Source: an uncultured Candidatus Saccharibacteria bacterium (lineage in GTDB: Bacteria; Patescibacteriota; Minisyncoccia; Phycocordibacterales; CAIZLB01). From it: DNA of 64,000 nt. A model generated the notes under the pieces. It saw nothing but the letters and a program-made list of their open reading frames with translations. It did no database searches and was not told the DNA's origin. This document shows, in pieces, positions 1 through 8,959 of the stretch. The stretch lies in the NCBI GenBank assembly GCA_964467385.1, contig CAYXQC010000003.1, forward strand, positions 37,798-101,797. Reading direction: 5' to 3'. The translations under genes and the position numbers were made by a program. How positions within the stretch are numbered: the stretch's first letter is position 1; every line of letters begins with the position of its first letter.

Positions 1-1125
1 AGGTCTAACCTGTGACTGGCTCATACCCTCGATGTTGTATTCCACTGGGTCTTCGAGTGAAAGTACGTTTTGTGTTTCTCTATCAATTGCATTGATCATT
101 GAATACAGTGTTGTGGTTTTACCAGAACCAGTTGGCCCAGAGATAAGTATGAGACCATAGGGACGCTTGAGCGCTTTTTGAATCATCTCAAGACTTCGTG
201 CAGGAAGACCGAGTTTATCAAGTGCCTGCACACCCCTTTGTTGATCCAAGATTCGCATCACTACTTTTTCACCAAAATATGTTGGGAACGTAGAAACACG
301 GAAGTCAATTTTTCGCCCATCGATTCTTGCAGAAAATCGTCCGTCCTGAGGCTTTCGTTTTTCATCAAGCTTCATATTACAAAGCACTTTAATTCGTGCC
401 ACTACTGCATCGAGTACCTTGATCGGAAGGACAAGGCTTGTATTTAAAACACCATCTACTCGAAATCGCACACGTACCTTATCTCGAAGCGGTTCGATGT
501 GAATATCAGATGCCTCACCTTCAATTGCATATCGAAGTGTTGTAGCTACAATTTTTGTCACCGGAGCATCTTCGATAATATTAACCTGTCCATCAGCACC
601 AGTTTTTGTCACGATTTCATCATCACGACTCATTTCAATATTTGCACTTGCAGTATTGAATTCAGATTCGAGATCACCGAGCGCTTTATTTACTTCACCT
701 GTAAAACCCTTGTACGACTGAAGAACTTTCTGAAAGTCATCCTCAGAAACAACATATACCTTAAATGGCATATTTGCCTTAGCGGAGATGAAATTGAGAG
801 CGTCTCGAGCTTCAATATTGTCGGGATCAACCACACCCACTTCAAGCACTCCATCTTTTATATTGATCGGAATGATTTTGTAATGAAGCGCTGATTCTTC
901 TGGAATGAATTTAAGAATTTCAAATGGAACTTCCCTATCTTCAAGTGAAACACTTGGAATATTAAGAAGTTCGCTTTTTGCTTTAGCGATTGCGGATGCA
1001 CTAATACCACGTTCACGAAGCACTTCTTCTACAGGCCGCCCACTTGAAGCCGCTTCTTCTTTTATATATGTCACATCATCTGGTGTAATAATGTTCTGTT
1101 TTGCGAGTGTATCGAGAAAAGTCAT
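1..1125 (-). CDS. pilB: Type IV pilus assembly ATPase PilB/GspE family. The N-terminus is at 1125 and the C-terminus runs past the window start.
   Basis: Reverse translation from the ATG at 1125 gives an N-terminal GspII/MshE-like domain, then Walker A GPTGSGKTTT near 100-130 and typical GspE motifs. No stop codon before coordinate 1. Confidence 0.85.
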   Translation of the reverse strand, partial: MTFLDTLAKQNIITPDDVTYIKEEAASSGRPVEEVLRERGISASAIAKAKSELLNIPSVSLEDREVPFEILKFIPEESALHYKIIPINIKDGVLEVGVVDPDNIEARDALNFISAKANMPFKVYVVSEDDFQKVLQSYKGFTGEVNKALGDLESEFNTASANIEMSRDDEIVTKTGADGQVNIIEDAPVTKIVATTLRYAIEGEASDIHIEPLRDKVRVRFRVDGVLNTSLVLPIKVLDAVVARIKVLCNMKLDEKRKPQDGRFSARIDGRKIDFRVSTFPTYFGEKVVMRILDQQRGVQALDKLGLPARSLEMIQKALKRPYGLILISGPTGSGKTTTLYSMINAIDRETQNVLSLEDPVEYNIEGMSQSQVRP

Positions 1126-1148
1126 GTATTTTATTTTACGCTACGCAA

Positions 1149-1622
1149 TTATTTCTTTGTAGCAGGTTTTGTAGCAGGTTTTGTTGAGGTTGAGGTTGGT
1201 TTTGAAATTGTTTCAATACTTCCGACATCAAATGCATCACCGAAAGAGTTTGAAAGCGATGCACTGCCTCCAAGTGCAGAAAAGTCAGTATCAAGTGGCG
1301 CAAAAGGATTTTGGCGGCCTATTTCCTGAGGAATAATTTGCTTACTAAATGACCGAAGACCTTGATATACAGGATCAGCAAATAGATTAAGATTAAATTT
1401 AATACTTTGAATCGCTAAAAGCTGGGTAACGAATTCTTTACCAGGACCATCAAGTGCAGCTGAGCCAGCTTGACCAGCTTGTGCAAAAGCAATGGATTGT
1501 TTTGTAATCACCTTTGAATTCGAAGATGTGCTCGATCCCCCCTTTCCAGTTACCATACTATATCCCACAAATGCAAGCATGATGACGACAGCTATGATTA
1601 TGATTTTTTTGATATTAAACAT
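1149..1622 (-). CDS. Hypothetical membrane-anchored protein in the pilus operon. Single N-terminal TM helix and a Thr/Pro/Lys-rich C-terminal tail.
   Basis: ORF track; N-terminal hydrophobic helix IIIIAVVIMLAFVGYSMV; co-oriented and tightly packed between pilO-like and pilB. Confidence 0.4.
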   Translation of the reverse strand: MFNIKKIIIIAVVIMLAFVGYSMVTGKGGSSTSSNSKVITKQSIAFAQAGQAGSAALDGPGKEFVTQLLAIQSIKFNLNLFADPVYQGLRSFSKQIIPQEIGRQNPFAPLDTDFSALGGSASLSNSFGDAFDVGSIETISKPTSTSTKPATKPATKK

Positions 1623-1629
1623 GGTTTTA

Positions 1630-2178
1630 TTATTTGAGCCAATATGTTTGCAATGTTACATTAAACTCATATCGACCATCTTTATTTGAAGTAAATGTAA
1701 GTGCAGTTACATCAACCAAACGCTCGCTCGACTCCAAATCTTTTAGAAAAGCGATGAAGTTTTCGTAAGTTGAAGTAACTGAGAACGAAAGTGAGATGGT
1801 ACCGTATTTTTTTGAATCAGGACCAGCTACGACCGCTGCAGATTTTGACGCAGAAGTTGATCCGTCATTCACGCGAGTATTTCTAATCCGCATACCATAA
1901 ATACCGGCAATGTTATCGATGTCGATAATAAGGCCAACATTTTCAACACCATCAGGAAGCATCTTCTTGATCTTATCAGCATCGTCCTGTGAGATTTTCT
2001 TTCGATCGTCTGTAAGTTTTTGTCGAACTGCTCGGAGTGTAGCAGCTTTATTGTTTGCTTCTACGATTTTATCTCGATCGTCAACATGAGACTTTAATGT
2101 TTGATACTGTGGATTCGTGTAGAAAAAGAACAGTGCGATGGCTCCGAGTATAAAGATGATTGGCATTATTCTTTTCAT
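1630..2178 (-). CDS. pilO: PilO-like type IV pilus inner-membrane assembly protein
   Basis: 182 aa with N-terminal TM helix and coiled-coil, then a periplasmic domain; position after pilN-like and pilM in the same operon. Confidence 0.5.
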   Translation of the reverse strand: MKRIMPIIFILGAIALFFFYTNPQYQTLKSHVDDRDKIVEANNKAATLRAVRQKLTDDRKKISQDDADKIKKMLPDGVENVGLIIDIDNIAGIYGMRIRNTRVNDGSTSASKSAAVVAGPDSKKYGTISLSFSVTSTYENFIAFLKDLESSERLVDVTALTFTSNKDGRYEFNVTLQTYWLK

Positions 2179-2187
2179 GTTCTTGGT

Positions 2188-2964
2188 TTAATTATTTGAA
2201 GCTTTATTGGTGCCATTAGTCTTATCGCCTGATGTTTGCACAAAACCTTTACCATTATCAGCTGCACCTGCAGCACTTTCATCACCTACATTAAAATCTA
2301 CACCACTATCCATTCCGCCATTTACCCCAGTTGATCCAGAGTTAAAATTTGCCGGTGCACCATTTGCAGAATATTCTTCTTTCTTGAGTTTATAGTAATC
2401 AACTAGAAGAGGGTCGATATTTGTAGAAAATGTAAATGAAACATTGCCCTGATTATCAAGTGTCAGATCACCAAAGAGCGGGCTTCTAAATACATTTTTC
2501 AAATCTGGATTAGTGAACTCTTTTGACTGAAGTGCTACAGTTTCGTAGCTCGTCGCCTGTCCTTTCATCGTAAGGCTGATCTTGTCATCAGTTCCGGCAT
2601 ATGAAAAATCATTGAATCGAACATTTCTAAGTGTTGAATTGGCGAGCACAAGGAATAGAGTTGAGACGCTCTTGTGTTTCTTGAGCAGTGTTTCAGCAGC
2701 ATTGATTCGATCGTTTAGTCTCGTGAGCTCGCTGATCGTATTTGGATCAAATGCGTTCTTATTCAAAGTGAGCTGGTTTGTTCCAGCTTGAATGCTTTTA
2801 TTTACAACTTGTGCATATATAAAGACACCTCCGGCTGCGGCTACACTCGCCATAAACGCAATAAATGAGAGCAAGAAAAAGAGACTTGACGCCGAAGCAT
2901 GATGGGGAGCTTCTGCTGTCACTGGTTGTTTTGGAATAAATGATGTTTGGAATTTTGTTTCCAT
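2188..2964 (-). CDS. pilN: PilN-like type IV pilus assembly protein
   Basis: 258 aa, single TM helix (FFLLSFIAFMASVAAAGGVFIY) after a short cytoplasmic N-terminus; immediately downstream of pilM. Confidence 0.5.
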   Translation of the reverse strand: METKFQTSFIPKQPVTAEAPHHASASSLFFLLSFIAFMASVAAAGGVFIYAQVVNKSIQAGTNQLTLNKNAFDPNTISELTRLNDRINAAETLLKKHKSVSTLFLVLANSTLRNVRFNDFSYAGTDDKISLTMKGQATSYETVALQSKEFTNPDLKNVFRSPLFGDLTLDNQGNVSFTFSTNIDPLLVDYYKLKKEEYSANGAPANFNSGSTGVNGGMDSGVDFNVGDESAAGAADNGKGFVQTSGDKTNGTNKASNN

Positions 2965-3036
2965 GTGCGCTTATACCTATTTCGTGTTTTATTATATCAC
3001 TTCGTGGAAATAAACGACAATAGAGTTGTGTATATT

Positions 3037-4161
3037 TTAGTTCAATTCTTGCAATTTTCGAAGTGCGAGACCAAGTGCAGTAGAAAATTCGAGACCAGTA
3101 ACCTTTAACACATCTTCGAGAAAGGCTGGTGATTCTACTTTATTGAATGGAGTTCCCATTACAACTTCAGTTTGAAAATTCGCTCGTGCCATTTCAAGTA
3201 CCCCCTTCATTGATACACCCCCTCCTGTCAAAATCACCTTACTAATGGCTTTATTGAATTTTCGTTGATAGTTTAATATAACTGTATTTGCCTCAGAGAA
3301 AATATAATCAAGTGTCAAAGAAACAATCTCATAGATATTTTTTTCTTCACCTGGAGAACCTGCACCGAGATTTCGTTTCAAATGCTCCGCACGGTCAAAT
3401 GTCAGATTCATACCCTTCGAAATGCTTACGGTGATTTCCTGTGAGCCACGATTGATAATATGTGAATACTTCACAACCCCCTTTTCCAAAATATAAATCT
3501 TCGTAGAGGACGCACCCATATCAAAAATCATCACGGGCAGATTTTCACCAGCAAGAAGTGCACGTGTTGAGCTAAACATTTCTATTTCAAAGAAACTTGT
3601 GTTGAGTCCAGCATCACGCACAATTGAGCTGTACGTACTCAAGACATCATTGTGAATAGAGACCACAAGCACCTGAATCTTATGCTTATCTGAGACCTGA
3701 TTATTATCTTCATCAACACCCTCAGCAAAATCAAGATCGCTCGCAGAATCAGTTGGCACCACCCACCAATCCATAGTCACTTCATTGATAGGAACTGGAA
3801 TATATTTTCGTGCTTCAAGAGGAATCATTTCCTGAAGTTGATGCGGATCAGCTGACGGAAGATCAATAAGAGATACGAGACTTGATTTGAACGGAATAGA
3901 CACACCGGCGCTATTAGTAGTCACATTCGCCTCTTTGAGTACGTCTTTGATTGCCTCGGCAATTTTATCAGCCGGCAAGTTAGTAGATTGACCGACTGTC
4001 AACCCTGCGTATGGACCAAGTGCCAATTCACCATAGGTTTCAAGTACCGCTCGTCCTTTTTTCTTGCGAAGTTGTACAACTTTTATAGATGAAGAACCCA
4101 CATCAACACCAATGACACTCTCGTTAGGCTGCTTGAAGAAATTTTGAAGGAAATTTGACAT
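3037..4161 (-). CDS. pilM: Type IV pilus assembly protein PilM (actin-like ATPase fold)
   Basis: 374 aa; N-terminal IGVDVGSSSIKVVQL sugar-kinase/actin-fold phosphate-1 motif, overall PilM/FtsA-like pattern; first gene of the pilM-N-O arrangement. Confidence 0.8.
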   Translation of the reverse strand: MSNFLQNFFKQPNESVIGVDVGSSSIKVVQLRKKKGRAVLETYGELALGPYAGLTVGQSTNLPADKIAEAIKDVLKEANVTTNSAGVSIPFKSSLVSLIDLPSADPHQLQEMIPLEARKYIPVPINEVTMDWWVVPTDSASDLDFAEGVDEDNNQVSDKHKIQVLVVSIHNDVLSTYSSIVRDAGLNTSFFEIEMFSSTRALLAGENLPVMIFDMGASSTKIYILEKGVVKYSHIINRGSQEITVSISKGMNLTFDRAEHLKRNLGAGSPGEEKNIYEIVSLTLDYIFSEANTVILNYQRKFNKAISKVILTGGGVSMKGVLEMARANFQTEVVMGTPFNKVESPAFLEDVLKVTGLEFSTALGLALRKLQELN

Positions 4162-4223
4162 GTTCTAAGTACAATACGTCTACACGATGCGCTTGCTCTC
4201 TAGTATATATCACTCCCGTAACA

Positions 4224-5075
4224 ATGAAAATAGCAATTACTACATTAGCAATAAGGTTTTTTACAAATACAGTACGAATTATGCTCAATGGGCTCTTTTT
4301 CCTTATAGCTGTACTTTTTCCATCAAAGAGTATTAAACATAATGAAGTTGAAATAGGCGCAGAAATTTTCACGTCGCAAAGCAACAAACAATCAAAAGTT
4401 AAAATGGACAATTTGTGCACATTCACTGAAGCAAAAGTACCAGTTCTCTATAAATTTAACTATCGCAATCTAGAAATTAAACGACTGGTGTGGCAATTTA
4501 AATATTATAAAAATAAAGCATCTAGAGAAGCACTCGAAATACTCGGTGATCATCTGTATGACGAGCTTGTCTCTATAGTATCCGACCGTATCTGCGCAAT
4601 TCCCTTTCAAAAATCAGTTGTATTAGTACACTGTCCATCTTCGACTTATTTTAAAGGTGAAAAAGATTTTGATCATATGAAAGAATTACTTTTGTACATT
4701 GATTATGTCGGAAATACTCATTCGAAGGGATTCATCGAGCGACAATCTACGAATTTTTTTACAATTTGCACGCATGCCATTTTGCCAAATCTAAAAAGTG
4801 GCACACAGAAACAAGCACAACACTTTGGAAACCGTGCCGAAAGGTTTAAATGGTCAAAAGATAGATTTATAATTTCAGAAAGATTTGAAGAGTATTTTAG
4901 GCAATCTGTGATCGAAAATCCACTCGTAGAGCAACAAATGGCGTACAAACCGCATATACCATATATATATTGTATAGATGACGTAGTTACAACTGGGGCC
5001 AGTTTTGAAGCCATATCGGCTATGCTACAGTGCAAACTTGGCGTCAATGTAAATTGTGTCGCACTTTGCCACTAA
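4224..5075 (+). CDS. ComF-family phosphoribosyltransferase-domain protein (competence). Start uncertain: 4155, 4224 and 4404 are all possible.
   Basis: C-terminal PRTase signature IDDVVTTGAS; placement next to the pilus operon; no clear N-terminal zinc finger. Confidence 0.5.
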   Translation: MKIAITTLAIRFFTNTVRIMLNGLFFLIAVLFPSKSIKHNEVEIGAEIFTSQSNKQSKVKMDNLCTFTEAKVPVLYKFNYRNLEIKRLVWQFKYYKNKASREALEILGDHLYDELVSIVSDRICAIPFQKSVVLVHCPSSTYFKGEKDFDHMKELLLYIDYVGNTHSKGFIERQSTNFFTICTHAILPNLKSGTQKQAQHFGNRAERFKWSKDRFIISERFEEYFRQSVIENPLVEQQMAYKPHIPYIYCIDDVVTTGASFEAISAMLQCKLGVNVNCVALCH

Positions 5076-5104
5076 ATATGGTATCTTGTCTCTACAAACC
5101 ACAT

Positions 5105-5193
5105 GGAGACGTGTCAGAGTGGTCGAATGTGCCTCTTTGCTAAAGAGGTGGGCCTTTAAAAGGGTCCCGAGGGTTCGAATCCCTCCGTCTCCG
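5105..5193 (+). tRNA. tRNA-Ser (anticodon GCT), class II with long variable arm
   Basis: Acceptor stem GGAGACG/CGTCTCC, anticodon stem CCTCT/AGAGG with loop TTGCTAA, long variable arm, T-arm GAGGG-TTCGAAT-CCCTC, discriminator G. Confidence 0.8.
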
Positions 5194-5221
5194 CCTTGAC
5201 AATTTAGTATCGGCGTGACCC
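5174..5221 (+). repeat. attL-like direct repeat (tRNA-Ser 3' end plus downstream block)
   Basis: Identical 21 bp, then a diverged 9-nt patch and a second 18-bp block (TTAGTATCGGCGTGACCC) matching 18415-18432 at 16/18. Confidence 0.6.
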
Positions 5222-5270
5222 TATTACTCGCGGGAGTAGGGCGACCCACGTACCTACTAGATTGCACAAA

Positions 5271-5301
5271 ACACCAAGAGAATTCTCTTGGTGTTTTGTT
5301 G
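5271..5301 (+). terminator. Rho-independent terminator-like hairpin downstream of tRNA-Ser
   Basis: ACACCAAGAGA-ATT-CTCTTGGTGT followed by TTTGTTG. Confidence 0.5.
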
Positions 5302-5317
5302 TTTATATAATTATGAA

Positions 5318-6004
5318 ATGAATTTTGGGAAAGCTATTAAAACCATCACTAAACTTCTCAAGAAAGAAAAGCCTAAAACATTTAGCAGTTCTTGGATTTC
5401 TACCCGTTCTCCTCTCGTATATCACTTCATCAGAGTTAACTTTAGAACCGAAAATAACCACATAGACTGGGACAAGGTCACAGCGGCCCTCGATCCTAAG
5501 TATGCAAAGTGCTGGATGCGTTACAAACGCAAGGTTGCCAAGCCTTACGAGAATCAGATAGAGGTGGATATCATACTTACGAAGTACAAAGACAAGCTCT
5601 ACACCTTTGTCGCTCTTGTTGATGATGGTGATAAGGAAACAAGGAATCAGCTGATCATCGCTCTTGTCCGAATCGCCCAGAAAGGAAATATTCTCGCTCA
5701 ATTAGAACTTACGAAGTGGCTGAAGTATGTCGTCGATGATTGGGTCGATAAATATTACCCGCTATTTAAATGGAAGGGTTACACCGATGACATTGAAGAC
5801 AAGATCCATGGCTGTATTCGCTGTTACAAATACACCGGATCATTTCTTGGCTACTTGTTTAAAACGCTCGAATATTCTGGTCGTGGCATACGACCCCTTC
5901 AAGCATGGTCGCTTGATAAGAATGTCGGTGATGACGGTGCAACGATGATTGATTTCGTTGCTCAGGATAGTGAAACGGGAGAGGTGAAGTTGTTCGGGAG
6001 GTAA
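5318..6004 (+). CDS. Hypothetical protein (island cargo). Start probably at the internal ATG at 5318 rather than 5288, which overlaps the terminator.
   Basis: ORF track; no recognised motifs. Confidence 0.35.
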   Translation: MNFGKAIKTITKLLKKEKPKTFSSSWISTRSPLVYHFIRVNFRTENNHIDWDKVTAALDPKYAKCWMRYKRKVAKPYENQIEVDIILTKYKDKLYTFVALVDDGDKETRNQLIIALVRIAQKGNILAQLELTKWLKYVVDDWVDKYYPLFKWKGYTDDIEDKIHGCIRCYKYTGSFLGYLFKTLEYSGRGIRPLQAWSLDKNVGDDGATMIDFVAQDSETGEVKLFGR

Positions 6005-6023
6005 TTATTGATACTCGCTCTGT

Positions 6024-6866
6024 CTAAATTATTCTCCCGTCAATTTCGTGGAATAGATTACTGACCATGATAAGGCGACCGAGCGCATCGTGGTGCGGAA
6101 GTTGATCTTCGTCGCCGTGGCTAAGATTGTTTCTCCACCAGTGCATAATACCCATGGTGGTGAGCTTGAAGCCGAGTTGCTTATTGATCTCCTGCGGTGT
6201 TGATAGAGCGTTGAACTTTATTTTCGGGTTCTGTTCACTGAAAACAGCCGCCATCAAATCAGGTCCTTGCTTGTCATGAGTGCTTGTAAGGTCTTGGACC
6301 GTCTTCTCGAACCTTTCAAGAGCTTTCCTCACTGACTCGTTGATATGACCTTCGATGAACATCTTTTTGCAGTCAGGAAGAAGTGAGGGATGAAGAACGT
6401 ATGCATCCAAGATTTTCTGAATCGCTATCGGAGGCGGAACTGTCTTCGGTCTTTCCTTTGGAAGATTCATTGCCACAATTTCTGATTCAAGATCAATGTT
6501 GAGAGCCTTAAGTCGCGCTGAGAGTCCAAGAGCTTCAGCTTCCAATACGGGATCGCCTTTCTCGTGTCGCTTTTCTATCGCCTTCGGTAGCATCTCTCGC
6601 ACGAGGATTTTTATAGTTCTCGGCTTCTGGCAGTAAAGATTTCGCAGGAACTCGTAGAAAGATTCCTTTTTGTTGGCCGCCTTGGCGGGAAGATATTTCG
6701 ACAGACCCCTTTCTTTAGCAATGGTCGTCAAAGAAAAGGAGCTTCGGAATCCCGAAAGAGCAATGAGCTTCCCGAGCTGTTCCGCGAGTGCGCGGATTGC
6801 CTGAGTCTGCGGTGCTGTGACAGTTACTCTTTTCTTCGCAATCTTTTTCTTGGTTTTCTTTTTCAT
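6024..6866 (-). CDS. Hypothetical protein with a basic N-terminus and a C-terminal HEPN-like Rx4H motif. Possible Abi/toxin-like RNase domain.
   Basis: N-terminal MKKKTKKKIAKKR; C-terminal WRNNLSHGD fits the Rx4-6H HEPN signature; 4-nt gap to the upstream Zn-ribbon gene. Confidence 0.35.
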   Translation of the reverse strand: MKKKTKKKIAKKRVTVTAPQTQAIRALAEQLGKLIALSGFRSSFSLTTIAKERGLSKYLPAKAANKKESFYEFLRNLYCQKPRTIKILVREMLPKAIEKRHEKGDPVLEAEALGLSARLKALNIDLESEIVAMNLPKERPKTVPPPIAIQKILDAYVLHPSLLPDCKKMFIEGHINESVRKALERFEKTVQDLTSTHDKQGPDLMAAVFSEQNPKIKFNALSTPQEINKQLGFKLTTMGIMHWWRNNLSHGDEDQLPHHDALGRLIMVSNLFHEIDGRII

Positions 6867-6869
6867 AAA

Positions 6870-7400
6870 TTATTTGGTCGTGTGGACATGGAATCCGCAG
6901 GCTCGGCAGATTCCGTTTATGTTGGCATCTCCGTTTACGTGGAATTCAAAGTTTTCCTTACCGCAAACAGAGCAAACAACTCGACCGCCACTGCGTTTCG
7001 TGGCATCAATCGTATCCAGTATGTCTCTCACGTTCAGAACGTATTTGTTTACCTGTTCACGGTCGTTCAGGTATCCCTGCACCCAGAGATTCGTTGTGAT
7101 TCTTCCTGCAGATGTTTCCTTGTAGTGAATCTTTCCCTCGTTCAGAAGTTTCTCCCAGTACTGCCGTGTCTTGCCATATTCTCTAGCCACATCGCCAGAA
7201 GACATGAGTGAGGCGTTATGGGGAATATATCCCTGATTTTCCATATTTTCTACGCAGGCTCGGATGCCTTCAGCGAGCGCACTCTCTTTTTCCTCCTTGG
7301 AAAATTCGCCAGTCAAATCAACACCGAGGCTCAAAGTGCCACCACTGCTTGTGTTGGCGTGCCAATAGAATTTTCGTTTGTCGTCTTTGGTTGCAGACAT
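6870..7400 (-). CDS. Hypothetical protein with C-terminal CxxC...CxxC zinc-ribbon
   Basis: CSVCGKENFEFHVNGDANINGICRACGFHVHTTK at the C-terminus; co-transcribed orientation with 6024-6866. Confidence 0.4.
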   Translation of the reverse strand: MSATKDDKRKFYWHANTSSGGTLSLGVDLTGEFSKEEKESALAEGIRACVENMENQGYIPHNASLMSSGDVAREYGKTRQYWEKLLNEGKIHYKETSAGRITTNLWVQGYLNDREQVNKYVLNVRDILDTIDATKRSGGRVVCSVCGKENFEFHVNGDANINGICRACGFHVHTTK

Positions 7401-7538
7401 GGCATAAGTATATGCTTGTTGGTTTCTAAATGCAACCAGTTATCTAATACACACGATGTATCAGATAGTATTAGTTTGTATCAGATTAATACGGCTATAA
7501 GGTATGTAGCCGATTACGGCGGATTACAGCCGAAAGGC

Positions 7539-8888
7539 TTATTCCTTCACCAATGTCAGCGTTTTATCCTTGTATATAATTCTCGATCGCAGATTGGCCA
7601 ACAGCTCCCGCTTCTCACTCGTCATGCCTTCCTTGAGGATGTACTTGGCGTAGTTTCGGATATCGGTATCCTTGTCGGTCTTTATCTTCTCCGTTGCTCC
7701 AAGCACAGATCTTTGGAATATATTGTATCGATTTATCTCCTCCTCAAGCTTCTGCCTCATGCCAAGCTCGTTGATGTTCACCTTGTCGAGAATTTTCAGA
7801 AGTTCAGTAATCAGTTCTTCTTCACGAATATATTTGTTCTTGCAGTTTCGGTCCCTAGCTCGTGAGCATGAGTAGTAGATGTAGCGGTTGGCACCTCCGT
7901 CCTTTAGTTGCTTCCATTTCTCCTCAGCCGATATGCCTGATTGGCAGTATCCGCATGTGAAGAGTTTGGTGAAGGCGAACTCCTTCGTTTCTCGCACGAT
8001 CTGGTCGCGCTTCAACTGTGCTTTCGTTTTCTCGAACAGTTCTTGAGTGATCAAGGGCTGATGTTTTCCCTGATACCAGTTGCCGCTTTCCCTTGGTCTT
8101 TCAAATATTCCGTAGTAGAAGGGATTCTCTAGGATTCGATACACACCACTCAGGGTCAGAGGTCTGTTTCCACGTGTATGGAAATTCAGCTCGAACCTCA
8201 TCCAGTTGTATACCTTTCTTCCAGACCATTGCTCATATGCAACTTTCTCGAACATCTTCTTGATGATTGGCGCTCTCTGCGGATCCACAAGCACCTGACC
8301 TTTCTTGTCCATATGCTTTTGATTGAGATATCCAAGCGGTGCCGTTCCGACCCATAGTCCCATCTCGCATCGGGTTCTTAGTCCTCGCTTCACGTTGATG
8401 CCTCGATTGTCATTCTCCAATTTTGCTTGGCTACACAGAATCATCAGCATGAACTTGTCGTTCGGGCTGTTGGTGAATCTTTGGCCGTAGGTGCGGATGT
8501 CCTGCAGATAATTTCCGTCCATAAGATCGATCACTTTTCCGAGATCGCCTGCGTTTCTTGAAATACGGTCTGGTGCCCACGTCAGGATGCCGTTAAACTT
8601 TCCTTGCTTGATCTCATCCACGATCTCATTGAAGACGGGGCGCTGCCCAGTCTCCTTAGCCGAGTGCGATTCTCGCTTCATGGTCACGATCTCCAATCCT
8701 TCTCTTTCTGCCAGTTGGAGCATCTCATTGATCTGGCTATCAATGCTCAAAACCTGCCGTTCCTCCGATTCCGTCGACTTTCTTGCGTAAAGGCAGTATT
8801 TCACCTTTACGGGGCTTGCTACTTTGGCCGCAGTCCCTAATGGCTCTGGTCCTTGTATTTTTGTCATACAACACAAGGAATGACGCAA
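7539..8888 (-). CDS. Large serine recombinase (resolvase/invertase catalytic domain + recombinase domain + zinc-ribbon). True start may be an internal Met.
   Basis: N-terminal YARKSTESEE (the catalytic Ser within the Y-x-R-x-S-T motif), an approximately 450-aa multi-domain length, and C-terminal cysteine pairs CGYC...SCSRARDRNC. Confidence 0.8.
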   Translation of the reverse strand: MRHSLCCMTKIQGPEPLGTAAKVASPVKVKYCLYARKSTESEERQVLSIDSQINEMLQLAEREGLEIVTMKRESHSAKETGQRPVFNEIVDEIKQGKFNGILTWAPDRISRNAGDLGKVIDLMDGNYLQDIRTYGQRFTNSPNDKFMLMILCSQAKLENDNRGINVKRGLRTRCEMGLWVGTAPLGYLNQKHMDKKGQVLVDPQRAPIIKKMFEKVAYEQWSGRKVYNWMRFELNFHTRGNRPLTLSGVYRILENPFYYGIFERPRESGNWYQGKHQPLITQELFEKTKAQLKRDQIVRETKEFAFTKLFTCGYCQSGISAEEKWKQLKDGGANRYIYYSCSRARDRNCKNKYIREEELITELLKILDKVNINELGMRQKLEEEINRYNIFQRSVLGATEKIKTDKDTDIRNYAKYILKEGMTSEKRELLANLRSRIIYKDKTLTLVKE

Positions 8889-8959
8889 CTCGCCCCAAGA
8901 GTCCAGAGCGTCCCGAGTACCTCGAAGTTGGTAACTTTTGCCTGTGGAAAACCCAATAG

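Noticed and set aside
178-1162. Three plus-strand ORFs (178-447, 499-894, 905-1162)
   Set aside because: They are antisense to a clearly conserved PilB/GspE reading frame on the minus strand (Walker A, GspII domain). Their translations are low-complexity and Cys-rich with no motifs.
5025-5267. 80-aa minus-strand ORF
   Set aside because: It overlaps the tRNA-Ser gene and its terminator, and its translation mirrors tRNA sequence. Spurious.
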